Assembly: GCA_963666835.2 (NCBI GenBank) | Contig: CAXXGO010000006.1 | Coordinates: 2,240,001-2,304,000 of the forward strand | DNA length: 64,000 bases | Reading direction: 5' to 3' | From: Phycisphaerae bacterium | GTDB taxonomy: Bacteria; Planctomycetota; Phycisphaerae; UBA1845 | In this document: one piece after another, positions 8,578-17,749 of the stretch | How the letters are laid out: each line of letters opens with the position of its first letter | Position numbering within the stretch: the stretch's first letter is position 1 | Notes under the pieces: generated by a model | What the model was told of the DNA's origin: nothing | Seen by the model: the letters and a program-made list of their open reading frames with translations, nothing else | Databases searched by the model: none | Made by a program: the position numbers and the translations under genes

Positions 8578-9684
8578 ATGTTAACCAGCACATTGAAGAA
8601 TAGACGCCCAATCGGGCTCTTGCTGCTGCTGATTTCGCCGACTGGTGCCGCGCATTTGCTGCTGGCGGACACTGCTGTTAACGACGACGTGTCGGTTGCG
8701 TTGCATGCGTCAGTCGCCAATCTGGTGAGAGAGGCCGACCCCCAAAACCCGGACGGCGGAGACTATTATGAAGTGGACGCAGAATCGCTACGGATGATGC
8801 CCATCATCCTTCAAGTGAATCTCTACGCCCATCCGCGAGATACGACAGTGCCTTTGGCCAGTCGAACAGTGCATTGGACCGATGAGATCGAGATGTCTGT
8901 CGAGCGAGATGGACGGGACGTTGAAGGGTTCAGCCTGCGCCTGATCCCGGGATCGGAATTGGCCATATCGGCGGACCAAGCGCGTGTAGGTGATTGGAGA
9001 GATGCTCGCAGAAATCCGACCGCGTTGGCATCCAATGAGTCGCTTGCGTCGTTCTTCGAGTTATCGAGACCGAGACGTGAACCACTTCAGGGAGGAAGGT
9101 ATACGATCTTGCTGGGGCTTACTGACCGCGCCGAGGCGCTCCTTGGTGTGCGAGCTCTCACCTCGCGTGCCGTGGTCTTCGCCGTGAAGTCTCCTCGCCC
9201 GGAAGGGGACGATCTGTTCACCGAGGATCTCATCGAACGGCACTACTTGTGGGGTTGCTGGCTCTACAAGTTCGACAGGGTCGCCAGCAAGAAGGAGTTC
9301 GAGAAGGGCTGGGAGTTGGTTTCCGAGTACATCCGCGCCGGTGCCGGCGACGAACCTGAGCTGTGGAACATCACTCCGCGCTACCAGGCGTCGAGGATTG
9401 CCGGCTGGCTCGACGACAAGGAGCGACAAATCTCGTACCTGAGTCAACTGCTATCCAAAGACGCAACGGCCGCGAGCGAGGGAAGGGACTGTAAGATGCG
9501 TTTCTACCACTTTCATCGCGAGCGCGGCCATTTGCCAAGGAACGTGCGAGACGACCTCACGCGCGGTGTGAACCGGCTGTACGAACGAGTATATGGAAAG
9601 ACGATGAGCGGAAAGACCGTTACACCGCAGGTGCCGCCCGAGAAGAACTTCCCCGATGCATCCGGCGAGCCGGCAGACGAATAG
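8578..9684 (+). CDS. Signal-peptide protein, immunity candidate for module 2
   Basis: AGGAG RBS; MLTSTLKNRRPIGLLLLLISPTGAA N-terminus; starts 19 nt after the module 2 stop. Confidence 0.65.
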   Translation: MLTSTLKNRRPIGLLLLLISPTGAAHLLLADTAVNDDVSVALHASVANLVREADPQNPDGGDYYEVDAESLRMMPIILQVNLYAHPRDTTVPLASRTVHWTDEIEMSVERDGRDVEGFSLRLIPGSELAISADQARVGDWRDARRNPTALASNESLASFFELSRPRREPLQGGRYTILLGLTDRAEALLGVRALTSRAVVFAVKSPRPEGDDLFTEDLIERHYLWGCWLYKFDRVASKKEFEKGWELVSEYIRAGAGDEPELWNITPRYQASRIAGWLDDKERQISYLSQLLSKDATAASEGRDCKMRFYHFHRERGHLPRNVRDDLTRGVNRLYERVYGKTMSGKTVTPQVPPEKNFPDASGEPADE

Positions 9685-9708
9685 CCCCAGCATCAGGGAC
9701 CGTAGTCT

Positions 9709-11703
9709 ATGAGTGAGTGCCACCTTGCGGCACCGGGCGGGTTGCTCCGTTCGGTGCCGCGGGTGGTTTGCGCGATGCCCGGTGACAGTTCGCGGGCAGT
9801 GGCGGATGTCTTCTGGCTTCCGTTGTGCCCGGGCCGGGAGTGCTGTGAAGGCGAAACCGTGTGCTGCGCGGTGGGCGACGTTTGTTGCGGCGACGAATGT
9901 TGTGATCCGGAACGTTGTTGCGGGAACGGGGAGTGTTGCGCGGAGGAGTGTGAGGAGTGCCTGGACAACGGGTCGCTGTCGGGCGGAACGGTCAGTGTGG
10001 TGCCGCAGGTCGTGTGCATCGGGCAGACGATCATCTTTTCCGTCGACGGCGTGGTCGATAGCGGCGGTCTGAAGCGGGTTGATTGCTCCAGCACCATCGA
10101 CCTTCCGGCCGTGGAGCCGAGCTACACGTGGGTGATCACGAAGCCGGACTCGACCACGGAAAGCGGCTCGGGTGCGTCGGCCAACGTCACAGCCGACCAG
10201 GCCGGAGTCTACTCATGCACCTTCACGGCCAACGCCGACCGCGAGTGCCCGCCGGCGGATCTCGAACTCGCCCCGGCGATCGGCACGGCCGCAGAGCTGG
10301 TGGACCTGTCCTTCGAGGGACTCGCTGCGGACGACGAGGACGACCCGGGCGGGTTCTTGTGCGTCGACGGGCCTGCTCCTCTGCCGGCGCTGCTCATCGA
10401 GGCCGACGGAGCGTTGACGAACGGGACCGTGGAGTTCGAGGTGGTCAGCGGCGAGAACCTGATTCAGATGTATAATGACGCGGCCGCAACCACTCCGGTC
10501 ACGTACTTCAATCAGTCGTGGCCGGTAGCGGATTTGCCCATAACGCGCTACGTTCGCGGTATCGAGGTCAGCGCCGCCCCCCGCGACGTAGAGTTCCGCC
10601 TGAGCTACACGGGTGACGGCGGACCTTGCGCCGATACAATGCGGTTGACGGTGGTGAAGGTCGATCTTAAGTCCTTGACATTTACGAGTGACCACGGGGT
10701 CTTGTTGGACAAGAACGACAACTTCGAAAAAGGCGGGGCGTCATTCGGAGAACCTGAGTGGGACGCCGACATACGCCCGCTTGGTGTGCCAATCTCGCAC
10801 ACGATGGGAGAGCACGTGACGGTCGACGTGGAAGTCGAGATCTCCCCACTCGCATTGCCGCCCACTCAGTTTGCTCTTGCCGGGACCGGTCCGCCCGGCT
10901 TCAATTTCGCTGACTTGCCTAGCTTGCACGGAGGCCAGAACGTCGTTCTTGCGACCTCAGCAGACACTGTCGACGAGCAGTTTCATTGGTTCGCGCCGTC
11001 GATCACGTGGCGAATCGAACGTGCCGGACGCCTCTTCCTGGAGACGGAGGCCAGTCCCAAACTGGTATACGTTACGATGGGCGCTCCGCGCGACACGGGG
11101 GCCGACCAACACCAAGCGACTCAGATTCGGATGGAGCGGGCCGTCCAATACGCCGGCGCAGTCGGCTCGCTGAATCCCCATGAGATTGTTGCCAAAGTGC
11201 GCGATGCCGCAGGCACTTATGATCTCAACGCCCCACGCCTCAACGCGTGGGAGGTGCCCGAGAAGGGCGGTGATTGCCAGTCAATCATCCGTTTCGTCGA
11301 GAAGGTAGTTAAGATGGTGGATGTACCAGGCACGTTCGAACATAAGCACATCTATGCCATCGAGACCGCTCCGGCGGTGGCCATAGAGGGTACTGCGACA
11401 GACGGCGGACTTAACGACAATATCCGCATTCATCCGACCCAACCTACGTGGACCTTGTCGTTGATCGATGGCACGCCAGGGTGCAACGCCTACGAGGCGA
11501 CCGCGAGCTACCTGGAGTGCAGCAAACTCCGATACTACCCTGGCGGTGTCCCGCTTGGTGTTATGGCCAATAAAGACGATGTGTTGAGGGTCTTCGCAAC
11601 CCTATCGTGGGTCGAGTTCGTTGGAGGGGTATGCACAGTCCGTGCGGTCGCGTACACGTATCCCGCGGTTCCTGCGCCGCCGGCGGTTCCGAACTGCCCC
11701 TAG
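9709..11703 (+). CDS. Polymorphic module 3: Cys-rich head + Ig-like domains + putative Cys-dependent (transglutaminase/papain-like) C-terminal domain
   Basis: Shared head; GGDCQSIIRFVEKVVKMVDVP resembles the catalytic-Cys helix of transglutaminase-like folds; no catalytic His identified. Confidence 0.6.
   Translation: MSECHLAAPGGLLRSVPRVVCAMPGDSSRAVADVFWLPLCPGRECCEGETVCCAVGDVCCGDECCDPERCCGNGECCAEECEECLDNGSLSGGTVSVVPQVVCIGQTIIFSVDGVVDSGGLKRVDCSSTIDLPAVEPSYTWVITKPDSTTESGSGASANVTADQAGVYSCTFTANADRECPPADLELAPAIGTAAELVDLSFEGLAADDEDDPGGFLCVDGPAPLPALLIEADGALTNGTVEFEVVSGENLIQMYNDAAATTPVTYFNQSWPVADLPITRYVRGIEVSAAPRDVEFRLSYTGDGGPCADTMRLTVVKVDLKSLTFTSDHGVLLDKNDNFEKGGASFGEPEWDADIRPLGVPISHTMGEHVTVDVEVEISPLALPPTQFALAGTGPPGFNFADLPSLHGGQNVVLATSADTVDEQFHWFAPSITWRIERAGRLFLETEASPKLVYVTMGAPRDTGADQHQATQIRMERAVQYAGAVGSLNPHEIVAKVRDAAGTYDLNAPRLNAWEVPEKGGDCQSIIRFVEKVVKMVDVPGTFEHKHIYAIETAPAVAIEGTATDGGLNDNIRIHPTQPTWTLSLIDGTPGCNAYEATASYLECSKLRYYPGGVPLGVMANKDDVLRVFATLSWVEFVGGVCTVRAVAYTYPAVPAPPAVPNCP
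9727..10290 (+). repeat. Cassette head repeat copy 3
   Basis: Near-identical to copies 1, 2 and 4. Confidence 0.95.
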
Positions 11704-11750
11704 TCGGGCGACAGCGGTTGTTGTATTGTGAGAGGTGCTGCAATCGGAGG

Positions 11751-12008
11751 AAGGGGGTATTGGGTTCGCTGCCCCTGGCTACGGCGGGCTTCGGCCCACG
11801 ATGGCGAACGGGGAACAACGGGCGCGCACGACCTGTCGGAGCAGCCCGCACCCCAAAGCAGCGGCTCGGGAAAGGCCGGACAGCGTCCATGAACCGGGAA
11901 ATCAAACCCGAGAACCTCGCCGCCTGGCCGGCCAAGCCGCCCCAGCGGCCGAGTGCTCAGCCATCCCGGCGGACTGCCGGACAGGGGCAGCGAACCCAAT
12001 ACCCCCTT
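11751..12008. mobile_element. 258-bp MITE-like element with perfect 27-bp terminal inverted repeats and 7-bp flanking direct repeat
   Basis: AAGGGGGTATTGGGTTCGCTGCCCCTG at 11751-11777, reverse complement at 11982-12008; TCGGAGG on both sides (11744-11750, 12009-12015). Confidence 0.8.
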
Positions 12009-12065
12009 TCGGAGGATTGGCCTTCCTTTCACAAGGAGTTGAGGCAACCGCGAAAGGAGATGGAT

Positions 12066-12884
12066 ATGAATATACTACAGCTATTTGGATGTATCACATT
12101 ACTATCGGGGATAGTGGTTGTGGCTGGAGGATCTCAAGCGGCGAGCCAGACGGCTCGGCTCAAAGAACGGGAGGCGGAGTTCTACCATCTAGATTTTGGC
12201 CGGAGTCTCGTTCGCGACCGCCCCAGCAACGAGTTCGTGGATCTGACGTTCGAGGCGATTCCGACGGAACTCGTCGATCAGATGTACAGTTACCTGGCCT
12301 TCTCGGTGCATTGGGCAGCTCATCCGCAAAAGCAGGGAGAGGGGCGCGTGGGAGGCGATTTCCGTGTACGTGCCTACGCTGCGCACGGCAAGACAGAGGA
12401 CGACCTGATCGAGTACGCGTGGACGCGGTTCGGACAGGACCTTCGTCTAGTTGCGGGGCTCAATGCGATGCGACTGGACATTAACTTGGGCGACGTCTTA
12501 CGAAATCGAGAAATGGACGATTACGGGTCCAACGCCGTGGCAAGAACCAAGGGTCTTCTTTCGCAGATCCTCCGACTGGCGGGGGTTGATAGAGATGGAC
12601 GCAGTTTCGAGGTCTATCTTCCCTGGCCGGAGGAGCTCGTAGAAGGAACACGGTTCTGCTCGAATTTGGATACTAATCTCATACGCATGAAGAAGTGGCA
12701 CGAACGCGTTGACGTGTATGTCCATGATGGGATCCTGTCCGTTTTGATCTACAAGAAGGTGGAACAGTTGATTGGGTATCAAGACGGCTCGACGTGGTTT
12801 CCCAGCGAGTTTCGGGAATTGGTGCACAGGAAGGCCGAGAAACAGGCCAAGGCGGGCCAATCCGAGAGCGTCAGCAAAGAGTAG
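12066..12884 (+). CDS. Signal-peptide protein, immunity candidate for module 3
   Basis: AAGGAG RBS at 12054-12059; MNILQLFGCITLLSGIVVVAGGSQAA; the ORF-track start at 11607 runs through the MITE and is unlikely. Confidence 0.7.
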   Translation: MNILQLFGCITLLSGIVVVAGGSQAASQTARLKEREAEFYHLDFGRSLVRDRPSNEFVDLTFEAIPTELVDQMYSYLAFSVHWAAHPQKQGEGRVGGDFRVRAYAAHGKTEDDLIEYAWTRFGQDLRLVAGLNAMRLDINLGDVLRNREMDDYGSNAVARTKGLLSQILRLAGVDRDGRSFEVYLPWPEELVEGTRFCSNLDTNLIRMKKWHERVDVYVHDGILSVLIYKKVEQLIGYQDGSTWFPSEFRELVHRKAEKQAKAGQSESVSKE

Positions 12885-13052
12885 GAGACCGCCTAGGGAA
12901 GAAGGAAACCGGGAGGGAGATCGGGAAGGATTGTCGGCGATGCCTCGATATTGCGTGAGGGTCGCTGAGTCCTTCCTGACCCGGCCGGGACCATTCCGGC
13001 CAACGTATTCGGGCAGTCGATTCAGGCTCCGGCCACGTATTACGTTCGCACC

Positions 13053-14912
13053 GTGGCGCCCGGTGATGCCGAGCTACGGCTGACGCTCGAAAGCGATCCC
13101 GATGGGTGTGAAGACCGCGTCATGTTGAGGATCTGGCCTACCGATCTGGACGGCGATGCCGACCATGATGCGATAATCGATGATGTCGGTCCCGACGACG
13201 ACCTCGAGGATACTCTGCCGGGCGTTATTGTCCTGTGCAATCAGGACGACGACAACGGAGACGCGGTTGTCGACAATGCGGACGGTGTCATTAACGGGCC
13301 GACTGACGGCGACGATCTGGCGCCGGTCGTGATTCGGATTATGCCGGACCTTCCGTCAGCCTGGACGGTTACGCTTGCTCTGGAGAATCCGACCAACGTT
13401 GCGGCCGGGTTGGGCGCGGGCGACGTCGTTCGCGTTTACCCGGAACTGACGGACGGTACGCCCAGTCTGCTGGGGCCGGGGTCGACCAGCTTCACTCTGC
13501 CCGAGACCGCTGCTGCGCACGATGTCGATCTCACGACGTTGCGTACCGGTGATGTGCCTTTGTGGGTAGAGGGGCTGGAGTTTGCGGCCGAGGTGAAACT
13601 CCGTCTAACGGTCAACGACGATGCCGGCGTTCTGGTTTGCGAGGACGTGATTCAGTTGAAGGTGTCGCCGCTGATTCTGCTGTCGAATCTCGAACCGGCG
13701 GAGACGAGTTATGTATCGCAAGTAGTCGGGACGCAGCCCGTCACGGCCGATTCGTATGCCTATACCACTCAGAGATTCCCGGACCAGACGCCACCGGGAA
13801 TTGTGGATACGATTATCTACCCGCCGGACAATAGCGGTTGGGACGTCTGGGCCCGGGACGAGCTTCAGTTTTGCTACCAGGATTCGCCCGAGAAGAGCAT
13901 GTACGTTGTGCTGGATTCGAAGCGGGACCGCCAGGGAATCGGCTTGCAGCCGTTCCCGCTGACCTTGCTCGGGCCGGATTTCGGCCATATCCAGATAGAA
14001 GATGGCATCTACTCTGCAAACTCGTTCGATTCCTTCGGGAATCTTGAGGTCTCACCTCCGTGCACAACCGCTGTCGGTGACTATCCGCTGGGCCGGATCT
14101 ACTACGGGGATGATGACACACTGGACCTCGAAGATCGCATGGACTCCACGCTCCGAGAGTTTCTTGCTCGGCAAGGCGTGCAGAATCCCTTCACATTGGT
14201 AAGTAGCTGGCTCTTTGTGGGGCACGTGGACGAGTTGATGTCAATCGTTCCAAACCCCTATGCCACTCACGGATGGACAGTCCTGCTGGCCGATCCGGTG
14301 CTGGCCCTCGACATCCTCACCGGTGATGCCGTGGTGAGCGGAGGAGTTGACCAGGCACTCCATATTCCGAAGTACAATGACTACAGCGTAGTACAGTTGG
14401 ATGCGCTGCTCGGGCGCACGACGTCAGATGGTTCGATGACAATCGAACAATACAATGCGGCGGGCGGTGCTTTGGCGTTACACCTCCAGGACTGTAGGGA
14501 TGCCCTTGAGACGGAGCTCGAGTTAAATATGTCCGAGGACTTCTATACCGTTCCTGTGCTGTTTGACTCGGTTGACGGCACAGCGCTAGCGATTACTCCG
14601 AATCTGGTTAACGGCGGCGTATTCGGGACGACGTTGATCGCGCCGGATCCCTTTCTTTGCGCCGCTACGGAGGAGGATGTCAACGCGAACTATGTGCTCG
14701 ATCCCGGCGAGGACACGAACAGCAACTTCATGCTGGACACCACACGTGACCCGTTCCAGGTCTGGCTTAACGCGAACGTGCCGCCCGGCGTCAACGTAGA
14801 GTACGTAGACGATTGGTTCCTTTATCATATTGAGCGCGGCGAGGTCCATTGCAGTTCGAATGAGAAGCGGGCGATACCAAGTGGCCCTGCATGGTGGGAC
14901 TCGATGCCTTGA
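13053..14912 (+). CDS. Protein-arginine deiminase (PAD family) module, 5'-truncated (frame open from 12969)
   Basis: WARDE, DSFGNLEVSPP, GHVDE and GEVHCSSN match the PAD catalytic Asp/His/Asp/Cys motifs; CNQDDDNGD central-domain motif; no signal peptide or clear RBS. Confidence 0.9.
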   Translation: MAPGDAELRLTLESDPDGCEDRVMLRIWPTDLDGDADHDAIIDDVGPDDDLEDTLPGVIVLCNQDDDNGDAVVDNADGVINGPTDGDDLAPVVIRIMPDLPSAWTVTLALENPTNVAAGLGAGDVVRVYPELTDGTPSLLGPGSTSFTLPETAAAHDVDLTTLRTGDVPLWVEGLEFAAEVKLRLTVNDDAGVLVCEDVIQLKVSPLILLSNLEPAETSYVSQVVGTQPVTADSYAYTTQRFPDQTPPGIVDTIIYPPDNSGWDVWARDELQFCYQDSPEKSMYVVLDSKRDRQGIGLQPFPLTLLGPDFGHIQIEDGIYSANSFDSFGNLEVSPPCTTAVGDYPLGRIYYGDDDTLDLEDRMDSTLREFLARQGVQNPFTLVSSWLFVGHVDELMSIVPNPYATHGWTVLLADPVLALDILTGDAVVSGGVDQALHIPKYNDYSVVQLDALLGRTTSDGSMTIEQYNAAGGALALHLQDCRDALETELELNMSEDFYTVPVLFDSVDGTALAITPNLVNGGVFGTTLIAPDPFLCAATEEDVNANYVLDPGEDTNSNFMLDTTRDPFQVWLNANVPPGVNVEYVDDWFLYHIERGEVHCSSNEKRAIPSGPAWWDSMP

Positions 14913-14941
14913 CAGGAGAGAGACTCTTCGGAGATAGAATC

Positions 14942-16177
14942 ATGAACATGACACGTAAGAGTTTTACATGCATCACGCGGGCGGTTGTGTTTCTCGCCTT
15001 GCCGCCATTCTTCGCGGGCACAACAAGGGCCGGGCAGGATCTGGCGGCACTGGAACGCGTGGCGAAAGCCGGTGGCGAGGAGTATATCCGATTGCGCAAC
15101 GCGCTGCTGAAAACACATCCCGAGCCGTGGGATGTCGCCAATGCCGCAGCGCATTCTTGGGATACCGGGATTGCGGCCTTCATTCTGAATGAGCGACAGA
15201 AGGCGGCGGATATGTTTGTTAAATGGGATGCGCTACGCCTGCGGGTTTATGCTGATGGGACGTCCTACGCACTCCACCAAGGCACGTCAGACGCCGCCGC
15301 GGCATTTCTACTTGAGAAGATATGGAAGAGTCCTTCGGAGAGGGAACGCGACAGAGCCTACCGGCAGTTCTGCCGGGGGCACAAGGAGGAGTTCGCTCAT
15401 GCCGGCGATCCAGCATTATGGACCGCTACCTGGGAGCAGTGTGAGGACGAGCAAATCCGATACGCAGTGCTTTATCAGGTTTGCGCTTCCTGCGATCCCT
15501 CCACGCAGCCAATTATCGTGGGGCTCCTAGCGGAAGAGGGCGACTCACTGCCTGTACGTCGGTTGAGGGCTCAGTGCATGAGTGGCCTGTGGCACCGCGA
15601 TACGGAGCAGACTGTGGACGCTGTTCTCGGGGTCTGGGATGTTCTGAGCAAAACCGGCCACTGGAAATACAGCGGTGCGGGCGTACTGGCCAACAACAGC
15701 AGTGAACGGGCCCGTCGGTTTGTGCATGATCTTGTGCTCGATTCTACTGAGGACGAGGATCTGCGGGCCGAGATAGTGATCAAGTGCTGCCTTCGGCCGC
15801 ACCCGGGTGACCTCGAAGTGTTCCGCAGGTTCTTTACCGGGCCGGGGTCGGATAAAATGAAAAAGGACGCACTACGCGGGCTCTACAGGTATCCGCTCAG
15901 CGGCATTCGGCCGCTTCTTCGAGAACTCCTGGTCGAGTCGACCGACCCTGTGATGATCGCCGCCGCGGCACTGACCTTCACCCAAGCGCACCGCTGGGCA
16001 AAAGACGTGCCCGAAGCGACGAAGGCTGAGGATATTGCATTGTTTGAGGAAGTGCTGCGTACGAAGGAGGGCTTATCGGGCGCTACGCGCGTCCACATAG
16101 ACATGTACATCCAGGAGCTCCGGGCCAAGCCGGGCGATCCGCGGCCGACGCTGCCGGATCCTCCGCAGGATAGGTGA
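14942..16177 (+). CDS. Exported HEAT-repeat protein, paralog A (PAD immunity candidate)
   Basis: GGAGA RBS; signal peptide AVVFLALPPFFAGTTRA; helical repeats; paralogous to the next two genes. Confidence 0.75.
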   Translation: MNMTRKSFTCITRAVVFLALPPFFAGTTRAGQDLAALERVAKAGGEEYIRLRNALLKTHPEPWDVANAAAHSWDTGIAAFILNERQKAADMFVKWDALRLRVYADGTSYALHQGTSDAAAAFLLEKIWKSPSERERDRAYRQFCRGHKEEFAHAGDPALWTATWEQCEDEQIRYAVLYQVCASCDPSTQPIIVGLLAEEGDSLPVRRLRAQCMSGLWHRDTEQTVDAVLGVWDVLSKTGHWKYSGAGVLANNSSERARRFVHDLVLDSTEDEDLRAEIVIKCCLRPHPGDLEVFRRFFTGPGSDKMKKDALRGLYRYPLSGIRPLLRELLVESTDPVMIAAAALTFTQAHRWAKDVPEATKAEDIALFEEVLRTKEGLSGATRVHIDMYIQELRAKPGDPRPTLPDPPQDR

Positions 16178-16345
16178 TGCACCGGAAGCCGGCGTGGCGT
16201 GCCCGCATCCGCCCGCCACGCCGGCGTTTCTTGCACGGTCCAACGTACGGAATCGGCGAGATTGGATATCGGCGAAACGCGGCATCCAGCGGTTGCGTCC
16301 GGCCAGATGGTCAGGGCCATGCGGGCAGTGTTCGGAGACGGAAGC

Positions 16346-17581
16346 ATGAGCATGAGACATAAACGTATCATCTGCACCGTAGGAGTCTTCGCGACCGTCG
16401 CCTTGCCGCTGTTCTTGGCATTGACGACGCGAGGAGGAGAGGATTTCGCGCGACTGGAGCGCGTGGCCAGAGCCGAAGGCGACGAGTATGTCCAATTGCG
16501 CGATGCGCTACTTGAGACGCACCCTGAACCGTGGGACGTTGGTGTTGCGGCGGGCCAGTCGTGGGATGCCGGGGTGATGGCGTTCATCCTGAACGCCCGC
16601 CGTGGTGCAAAGGACACGTTTAGGGGTTGGGACGCACTAAGTCCTCGGTACACTGCATCTGGTCGAAGTTATAGCCTCTCTGGCAAGGATTGGACGAGCG
16701 TATGGGCATTCCTGATCGAGAAGATATGGAAGGGGGAGACGGCTAGAGAGAGGGACGGTGCGGACTATGATCTCCAACAATACTGCAGAGAGAGCACCAT
16801 AGAGCTGGGGCATCTGGCCCTCTGGCATGCCATATGGGATGGTTGTGATGATGAGCGGTTGCAGTCTGTTGCGGTGTTCCAGTTGTGTTCGAATCCGGAT
16901 CCATCCACCCAGCCAATTATCGTGGAGCTTCTGAAGGGCGGGAATGGCTCGTTGGACGCGCGTCGACTGAGGGGTCAGTGCATGAGTGGCCTGTGGTACC
17001 GGGATACGGAGCAGACTGTGGACGCTGTTCTCGGCGTCTGGGATGCTCTGAGCAAGACCGGCCACTGGGAATACAGTGGGGCGGGCGTACTGGCCCGCAC
17101 CAGCAGCGAACGCGCCCGGCGGTTTGTCTATGACCTTGTGCTCGATTCTAGTGAGGACGAGAGGCTGCGCGCCGAGACGTTGATGCACTTCTGCCATCGC
17201 CCGCAGCCGGGCGACATCCAAGTGTTCCGCAAGTTCTTTGCGGGACCGGGTTCGGATAAGATGAAGTGGGATGCACTGGGTGGGCTGTACAGGTATCCGC
17301 TCAATGACATTCGCCCGCTTCTTCGTGAACTTCTCATGGACTCGACTGACCCGAAGATGATCGCGAGTGCCGCGTTTGCGCTGAGCAAGGCCGACCTCTC
17401 TACGAAGGATGTGCCCGATGCGACGAAGGCGGAGGATATTGCACTGTTCGAGGAGGTTCTGCGAACAAGAGAGGACTTGCATGAAACGGCTCGCGTTCAC
17501 ATAGACCTGTACATTCGGAGGCTCCGGGCCAAGCCGGGCGATCCGCGGCCGACGCTACCGGATCCTCCGCAGGATAGGTGA
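16346..17581 (+). CDS. Exported HEAT-repeat protein, paralog B
   Basis: TTCGGAGA RBS; MSMRHKRIICTVGVFATVALPLFLALTTRG; same C-terminus LRAKPGDPRPTLPDPPQDR. Confidence 0.75.
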   Translation: MSMRHKRIICTVGVFATVALPLFLALTTRGGEDFARLERVARAEGDEYVQLRDALLETHPEPWDVGVAAGQSWDAGVMAFILNARRGAKDTFRGWDALSPRYTASGRSYSLSGKDWTSVWAFLIEKIWKGETARERDGADYDLQQYCRESTIELGHLALWHAIWDGCDDERLQSVAVFQLCSNPDPSTQPIIVELLKGGNGSLDARRLRGQCMSGLWYRDTEQTVDAVLGVWDALSKTGHWEYSGAGVLARTSSERARRFVYDLVLDSSEDERLRAETLMHFCHRPQPGDIQVFRKFFAGPGSDKMKWDALGGLYRYPLNDIRPLLRELLMDSTDPKMIASAAFALSKADLSTKDVPDATKAEDIALFEEVLRTREDLHETARVHIDLYIRRLRAKPGDPRPTLPDPPQDR

Positions 17582-17749
17582 TGCACCGGAAGCCGGTGTG
17601 GCGTGCCCGCATCCGCCCGCCACGCCGGCGTTCCTTGTATGGTGCAACGTACGGAATCGGCGAGATTGGATATCGGCGAAACGCGGCATCCAGCGGTTGC
17701 GTCCGGCCAGATGGTCAGGGCCATGCGGGCAGTGTTCGGAGACGGAAGC

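Noticed and set aside
11607..12065. Extended N-termini in the ORF track (11607, 16199, 17603, 25779, 43560, 55124)
   Set aside because: They overlap neighbouring genes, spacers or the MITE; downstream starts fit RBS, signal peptide or operon spacing better
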